NCBI RefSeq assembly: GCF_036971445.1
Contig: NC_091474.1
Coordinates: 135,904,001 to 135,968,000, forward strand
Direction: 5' to 3'
DNA from: Narcine bancroftii
Lineage: Eukaryota
Length of the DNA stretch: 64,000 nucleotides
Positions 57,406-64,000 of this stretch are shown piece after piece (position 1 is the stretch's first letter; every line of letters begins with the position of its first letter). The notes under the pieces were generated by a model. That model was not told the DNA's origin. It was given only the letters and a program-made list of their open reading frames with translations, and made no database searches. The position numbers were made by a program, and so were the translations under genes.

Positions 57406-60350
57406 AAATGTACACCATAAACTTTATTCAAAGAAATAGATTTGACTCCAGACATAGTCTTGCCTACAAAAAACTATTTGTACATTTTTGTATTAAAAAC
57501 AATTTACATTGTTTTTGGAGTTAGAGAAAAGGTCCGAATATGTTTTTGTTTGTTGGTTTGTGCTGTGCAATACCAATTTTATATTTTTATTGGTCTTATG
57601 TACTTATTTCAGTTGAGTTTTTCTGTATTTTTTCAGAAATTTATTTTGCGTTTTGAATTATCAGTTAATAGTTGAAATGATCAGGGTGCACTGTTTATAT
57701 TTTTACTTTCTAATTTTTAAAGTAAATATTCAATTACTAAGTTAGAGATAAAACATTAATTTAATTCATGACTTCCAAAGAAAGCATTTTCATATAATCT
57801 ATTGGGAGCCTGTTGTACGTTACATTTGTTAACGCAGATTTTGACAACTGGAAGCCTTGTAAAAAGCTGCTATATATTTATACATTTTTAACATTGCTCA
57901 ATTTAGAAAATTTACAGATACATTTTTCATTTCATGCAGTCTTTCTGCATGGACCAAAAATTGTCTAATTCATAAGCATGTCTATTTTGTCACTACCAAG
58001 TTTTACACCAGTTCACAAATGTCTGCAATACATTTTTATATGGAAAACATTCTCCAACAACTTTTAACCATACCTGTGGAACGTAATTACTTTTTCTACT
58101 GCTTAAGTGGAAAGAATTTTTTACTGTGGAACTTTTAGAACTGAAGCAACTATTTTCAAATTCTCTAATATTCTCTGTTGATTGGAAGTTTTCACTGTCA
58201 GGCTAGTCTGATATGTTGATTTGAAATTATTTTTTACTGCATGATGGTGTAAACTCAATATAATGAACCCAGCATTTACAAAGGATTTAAGTCGATCCTA
58301 TTACATTCTGAAAGTAGTAGTGAAGAGCCGACATTTTAGCTAATTGAACTACCTGTTTTCTTGATGGCTGAAATTCTTGTATGTCATTCTATTTATTGGT
58401 GACATTTCCCACAAAGTTATTCCTTGTTATAACTATTTTTAAAAATACAGTAATATGACAAGTGTGTTCTAGTGAAGGGTCATTTCCTGGTGGTTTGTCT
58501 AACTTGGGGTCTGGAAGCACTGCATCTAATATCACTGGGTGTGATATACAAGTATTGCATTTGCTGGCAAGGAACAGGAGTTAAAACATTGAAATAGACA
58601 ATAAATATTTTAATAATTAAACAAACTTTATTACAATTGTAACAATGGGATATGTTTTACTCTAATTTCTGAGGGAATACTTTCTAAATACATTTATTTC
58701 AATTATCCTAATTAACTGTGGGATGCATAACATGGTTTATGGGTTACAGCTCTATATTTGACATTGCCATGGAAAAGAAAACACTACATCCTTATAAGTA
58801 GGGAGTCATGTTTATAACCTTATTTTCATACCCCTAAAATGCATAAGCTACCATCATTGTACCAGCAGTTAAATATTAAAAATATTTTATATTATTGTAC
58901 TGAGCAAATTAAAATATCTTTCTTTTATATTTTTCATTTCTAAATCTAATATTGCATTACTTTGAAAACCACAAATTTCTCACTGCAGAAGGAAGATCAA
59001 TGTCTTTACACCACCAGTGATATGCATTCTTACAACTTCAAATTTTAGGTTTCCTGAATCTGAAGTAGAATAGCCAGTGACCACACAAGTTTTCAAGGTA
59101 AACTCTCACTCTGTCATGGGTCCCAATTCCCCATGAGGAAATCAGGACCCAAGAATATCTGATAAATACTGGTGAGGCTGTGACTTTTATGACCAAAAGA
59201 AAATTGAGAGGTGGATAGCTTTAAAATTATAATAGATATGGAGGTGATTTTGGTTCTGAGGGATACCAAAAGATGGTCACAGACAAATTCTGTCAGAAAT
59301 TGAGGAGAAACTTGTCTAGTCAAATTTGTTAAAATTGGAAATCATTCACAAATTTATTAATTCAAGGAAATGGCACTGTTGCACCATGATGAAGTTAGAA
59401 AACACATAATAAATATGGAAGAATATGATATGCTGAGAAGAAATAAGGTAGAAGAGTTCTTGGAGTTTAAACAAGCACAGACCAGTTGGGCTGTAAATTT
59501 GTTCTGACTGCTGGAGAATTATTACCAGTTCACTTTGCAACTCAGAACTTTCTCCATTAAATTACAAAATATATTGCTTGAGTATTAATATTTTCACCAT
59601 CTTAGAACATCGAAAAGTGCTTTACAACAAATGAAGGGCTTTTGAAGTGTAATTACTGTTGTAACATTGACAACAATGCAACCAATTAGTACATAGCAAT
59701 AATTAATCCCATAGAGCTATGATTGATGAAAGTTCTTAGTTATCTTCTTTCTTCACTGACATTTTCTTGATATCTGATTGTATCCCTCCCTGAATCACAT
59801 CTGGTCGTTTGAACTTTTCATCACAGCTGTGGTGCTCTGGAGTCTGCACAGCTCTATTCCACATTGCAAATGGGAGCCAGCAATCATGATGGCACCTTGG
59901 ATCCATGTATGTTGGAGAATAAATTCTTCAACATTTCTAACAATAAATTTTGAAAGCACACATTACTACTTCTAGAAATGCAAGGTACTTATCTGAATCT
60001 TGGAAATGCCAATCCAAGCCTGTATGTGCTACTTTACCTTGAAGATAAATAAAATTCCAATTGAATGTACTTTTTAGGTGTCATGCTGTTTTTCAAAGGC
60101 CTAATTTTCATTGTCTTATTCTTGCTTTGATTAAGTTGGATATTAACCTGGGTTATCAAACATAAAGTGCTAGCTTATATCCTGGCTTAAATCCTAAAAT
60201 ATTGTTTTCTTGGTTACCTTTCTCATCATAAATTAAAGTTTTTGACCTGTAAAGTGACTTTAAATAAAATGCAGCCATTGGACTTCAAACTTTCAGTTGA
60301 ACCATAATGTCTACATGAACATTAAAATAAAAATATGGAAAATATTGTGG
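57406..60350 (+). other. FAM135A: Putative FAM135A 3' UTR (end uncertain)
   Basis: AT-rich, nearly TE-free sequence after the stop; candidate AATAAA at about 58600, 59942, 60263 and 60326. Confidence 0.5.
60248..60268 (+). terminator. Candidate polyadenylation signal (TGTA followed by AATAAA)
   Basis: TGTA at 60248-60251 and AATAAA at 60263-60268, near the point where repeat-derived sequence resumes. Confidence 0.35.
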
Positions 60351-61909
60351 ATGTCATTGTAAGAACAGGCACAATAAGTGTTTTTTCCCAATTTGCTCAC
60401 GTATTCATTCTCCATTGAAAGACTGAAATGATGGTTATCCATGCTTGGGTCCATGAAAACATTTTTTTGTATATTCACATTTTGCATAGATTTAATAATT
60501 TTGTCAAATCTAGCCTTTTCTACTATAACACAAACCCCAGCTTAAATAAAATCAGAACATACTGAAAACACTCAACTAGCCATTCAACATATATGGAAAG
60601 GAAACAGAACTAATGTCTCAGGACAAAGTCCCTTCAACAACTCAAAAAGAGAGAAAGCCTTGGTTTTAATTACCAGAGAAGATGAAGAGGGGTGGAAAGG
60701 ATGAAGGGAATAAATATTTTTCTGAATTTTTACCATCACAAGAAGAATCGGATAAACATTTTCTTCAACACCGACACCAGTGGCTGCGCAATTTGCTAAA
60801 TTATGTACTACTGTCCATAAAAACAAGGATCTTCTACATTTATTAATTCTTTTTTAAACCTGTCCTGCTACTTTCAAAGATTTGTGTACCTTTTTTAGCA
60901 TTTCCATTTACAAATGACGTGACCTTTTTTCTTCTTTTCGGCATTCTAAATGTAACCTTTCAAAACAATTTGGGTCAGCCTTTCTGATTTTCTCAGTTCT
61001 TTAAAATTTAATTCTATTTATGAGAGGGGAAAAGTATAGCCAATATGTGATTGGTCTGCTTTTTAACCAAAAATGGGAGACAGGACTTCAAAGTTGGCAC
61101 CTTTTGAGGGAAATATTTGTGTCAGGTCAGTGTGTTCATCACCTTTACCAGATGCTGATATTGTTTTGATCCACTTGACCAGCCTTTGGAATATCAAACA
61201 AAAATCAAACTGCTGGAAAAGCTCCTACGGTCAAGCAGCATCTGTGGAAGCAAAGGGTCAGCCAATGTTTCAGGTCAAGACCCTGCATTAAAATGTAGAG
61301 AAAAAATAGTAAGTACCAAAAGTGAGGGGGAGAGGTGATAGGTGGAATCAGATGAGATGGGCAATTAATGTGCAGATGGAACTAAGTGGTGGAAGGGAGT
61401 CTTGTGACAGGCAAGTTAATGATAGGTGGAAGCAAGGGGGAAATTTGGCAGATGGAACCCTGTGGGGCAAAGGAGGGGGAAGATAGAGACAAACTGGTGT
61501 GTGATAAATGCAATCAAATAAGGGAAGGATGATGGCCATATTGAACTGGATGGGATGATGCAGGGTGTTGATTTGAATTGTCATCCATCCCTTGGCTTCC
61601 AGAGATATTCTTTAACAAGCTGAGTTCTTCCAGCTTTTGCTTCAGATTCCAGCATCGGCATCTCATGTCTCATTTGGAATATGAAAATGTTGCTCTATGA
61701 TGAATCAGGGAGAATGTTCATGTGTTGATAAGAGATTGAAGCTATATCTCACTAATCTTATTTGTTTATGAATGTGACAAGTATCTTTGGTGATGTTAAT
61801 GGGTTCATCATAAAAAGTGGCATTTTGCAGGTAACTTGGCTTCAGCTATAAACCATACATATTGATGATATGGATAAAGAAATTTAGGTTCAAGTTTCAA
61901 TGATATGTA

Positions 61910-62310
61910 GACAAAACAGAACAATGCAATAAAGGCCCTTTGGCCCATAATATTGTGCGACCTATATATACCTACTCAAAAGAAAAATAAATCCTACCTC
62001 ATAGCCCTCTATTTTTCTTTCATCCACGTGCCTATCTAAGAGTCTCTTAAATTGTTCCAAACTCCACCACTACCCCAGGCAATACATTCCAGGCACTCAT
62101 AACTCTCTAAAAAAAAAATTAACCCTAAAGTCTCTCCTAAACATTCCTCCCTTCACTTTGTACAGATGTCCTCTGGTGTTTGCTATTCTCACCCTGGAAA
62201 AAAGATGCTGGCTGTCTACCTTATCTATGCCTCTCATAATCTTGTAGAACTCTATTAAATTGCCTCTCATTCTTCTTCACTCCAAAGAGAAATCCCCTAG
62301 CTCTGCTAAT
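61910..62310 (-). mobile_element. CR1 LINE 3' end
   Basis: Typical CR1 3' UTR and terminal ORF2 sequence on the minus strand (LQDYERHR region). Confidence 0.6.
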
Positions 62311-62387
62311 ATAGAAAACTACAGCATAGTACCGTCCCTTCAGCCCTTGATGTTGTGCCAACCTGTATATTATTTTAAAAAAACAAA

Positions 62388-63100
62388 TGTTACAAGCCCA
62401 GAGGACCCCAAAACCCAAGCAGCAATAGTTAGTCACCAAGACAAATGGTTACTTTAATAAAAGTTGCTTTTAATTATCTTTAAACATGAAAACAGGATCA
62501 CACTTTAACTTATCACTATTAACTAACCTAACAGCCCCTTTCTAATTCTATGTATGTGTATGTAATGTGTGTGTAAGTTTAGAAAATATCTTCGATTCAC
62601 AGTCCAATCTCACTTCCCATTCCTCCAAGTTTACTAGTTACAGGCAATTCTTGTACTATGCACAGAATTTAACATATGAAGTTCACCAGGCTTTGGTGCT
62701 TGAAAGGTAAGTGGTTACTGCTCAGGAAGGTTCCTGTCAGTTTTCACAGAGAGATTTGTTGTTCACTGGACACCTACAACTGCTTCCTTGTTACCAGCCA
62801 CGTTAGAGTCTTGCCGAAGAAACTTGCCCCATCAGGGTTTTCCAGATGAATACCTTTTTCTTTCAGATCACCACGGAGTTCCTTTTTGTTTCTCTTATTT
62901 CAAGTGAAACATTAGGCAGCCGGTCCTCTTGTATTACCCATAGGGGCTTTGACCAGGCTAAACTAAGCACTCACAACCCATCTTCAAAATGGGGTTTTCC
63001 ACAAGCTTTCCAGCTTGTCCTGTTCCAGTCCCAGCTGCTGCTGCTGACTGTAAAACTGCAGAATTGATCTACCTCTCTCAGAGAAAAACCTGTTTGACTC
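62388..63100 (-). mobile_element. LTR related to 52905-53673, interrupted at 63101
   Basis: TGTTACAAGCCCAGAGGACCCCAA is approximately the reverse complement of the 53650-53673 LTR end; internal homology to 53330-53460. Confidence 0.75.
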
Positions 63101-64000
63101 TGTGACAGAATTTATAGAAATATTTTGGGAGATAAATTGGGAAAAGTTAGAGTAGGTTACATACACACACTTTAAAAACAGATCATATTTGAAATACTGG
63201 AGAATTCATATCCACAGTGACCGCAGAAATTGTGAAAAATGCCTATGGAGACCACAAATAGGTGTTAATTGAACTGAAGATGTGGAAGAATGGACTATTG
63301 TCTTTAAAGCAACAGCAAGAGACATATGTCTCCCGATACCTTTTTGCAAGGCTTTTGAAGAGTGCTCACAGAAAGGTCACTGATGGGTTCTTGTTTACGT
63401 AAAAACAACAGATGAACCAGAAGACTGACTTCTATTGTTTGCTGGAGAAGGTCATGTTTTGCAAGCACAAGGGGTCAGTCAAGCAAGTTGGCAGTCTTTG
63501 ACTGTGAGTCAGAGAGAGAGTGAAGGGTCAAGCAAGTTGCCTCAGTCAGTGTGGGTGAGACAGACAAGCCTGCTGAAACTGAAGCAGGAAGCTTGTTGGA
63601 ACTGAAGCAGAAGCTCCAGAGTGAAGGATGGCTGAAAGTACTGGCTGTCCGTTGTTCTCTTGGAATAAGTGAAACAGAAAGGAACTCTGTGGTGACCCGA
63701 AAGAAGGAGGTTATTATCTGGAGAACCCTGAAGGGCAAGTTTCAGCAGCAAGACACTGAGGTGACTAATGGTAGTCCCTCAGTTGTGGAAATCCTGGAAC
63801 AGCACATCTCTCTACAAAACCTACAAGAACCGTCCTGAGCAGTAACCTTTTACCTTTCGAGCACCAAAGCCTGGTGAACTTTATATTTGTTAAATTCTCT
63901 GCACAGTATAAGAATTGCCTGCAATCAATGAACTTGAAAGAAGAAGTGAGATTGGACTGTGAACCAAAGAACTTTTCTAAATTTACACATACACATTACA
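63101..64000 (+). mobile_element. LTR of the same family, running off the window end
   Basis: Starts TGTGACAGA as at 52905; shares GGAGAACCCTGAAGGG..CAAGTTTC, GCACCAAAG.CTGGTGAACTTT and GTGAGATTGGA.TGTGA.CCAAAGAACTTTTCTAA. Confidence 0.8.

Overview
Vertebrate genomic DNA, most likely a cartilaginous fish (ray/shark-type repeat landscape: CR1, Rex/Babar, L1/Tx1, RTE, Penelope, tRNA/V-SINEs, Gypsy and BEL LTR elements). The window holds the 3' part of a FAM135A orthologue on the + strand. Nine coding exons (4926-5080, 22515-24690, 26947-27107, 37306-37397, 43641-43738, 51795-51946, 54813-54923, 56799-56912, 57200-57405) all have AG/GT boundaries and matching phases, giving 3265 nt and ending in the DUF676-type alpha/beta-hydrolase domain. 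A TE-poor putative 3' UTR of about 3 kb follows. The introns are dominated by nested, mostly decayed transposable elements, several with readable target-site duplications (TSDs). I see no prokaryote-type system or CRISPR array and no convincing wholly new system. The most notable unexplained items are a perfect 94-bp inverted repeat, a compound two-MITE hAT element that moved as a unit, an inverted young RTE pair bracketing an exon, a hairpin insertion next to a splice donor, a possible cassette/poison exon, and short motifs (DSGxxS, catalytic triad) in FAM135A. Family assignments are from recalled motifs, not database searches.
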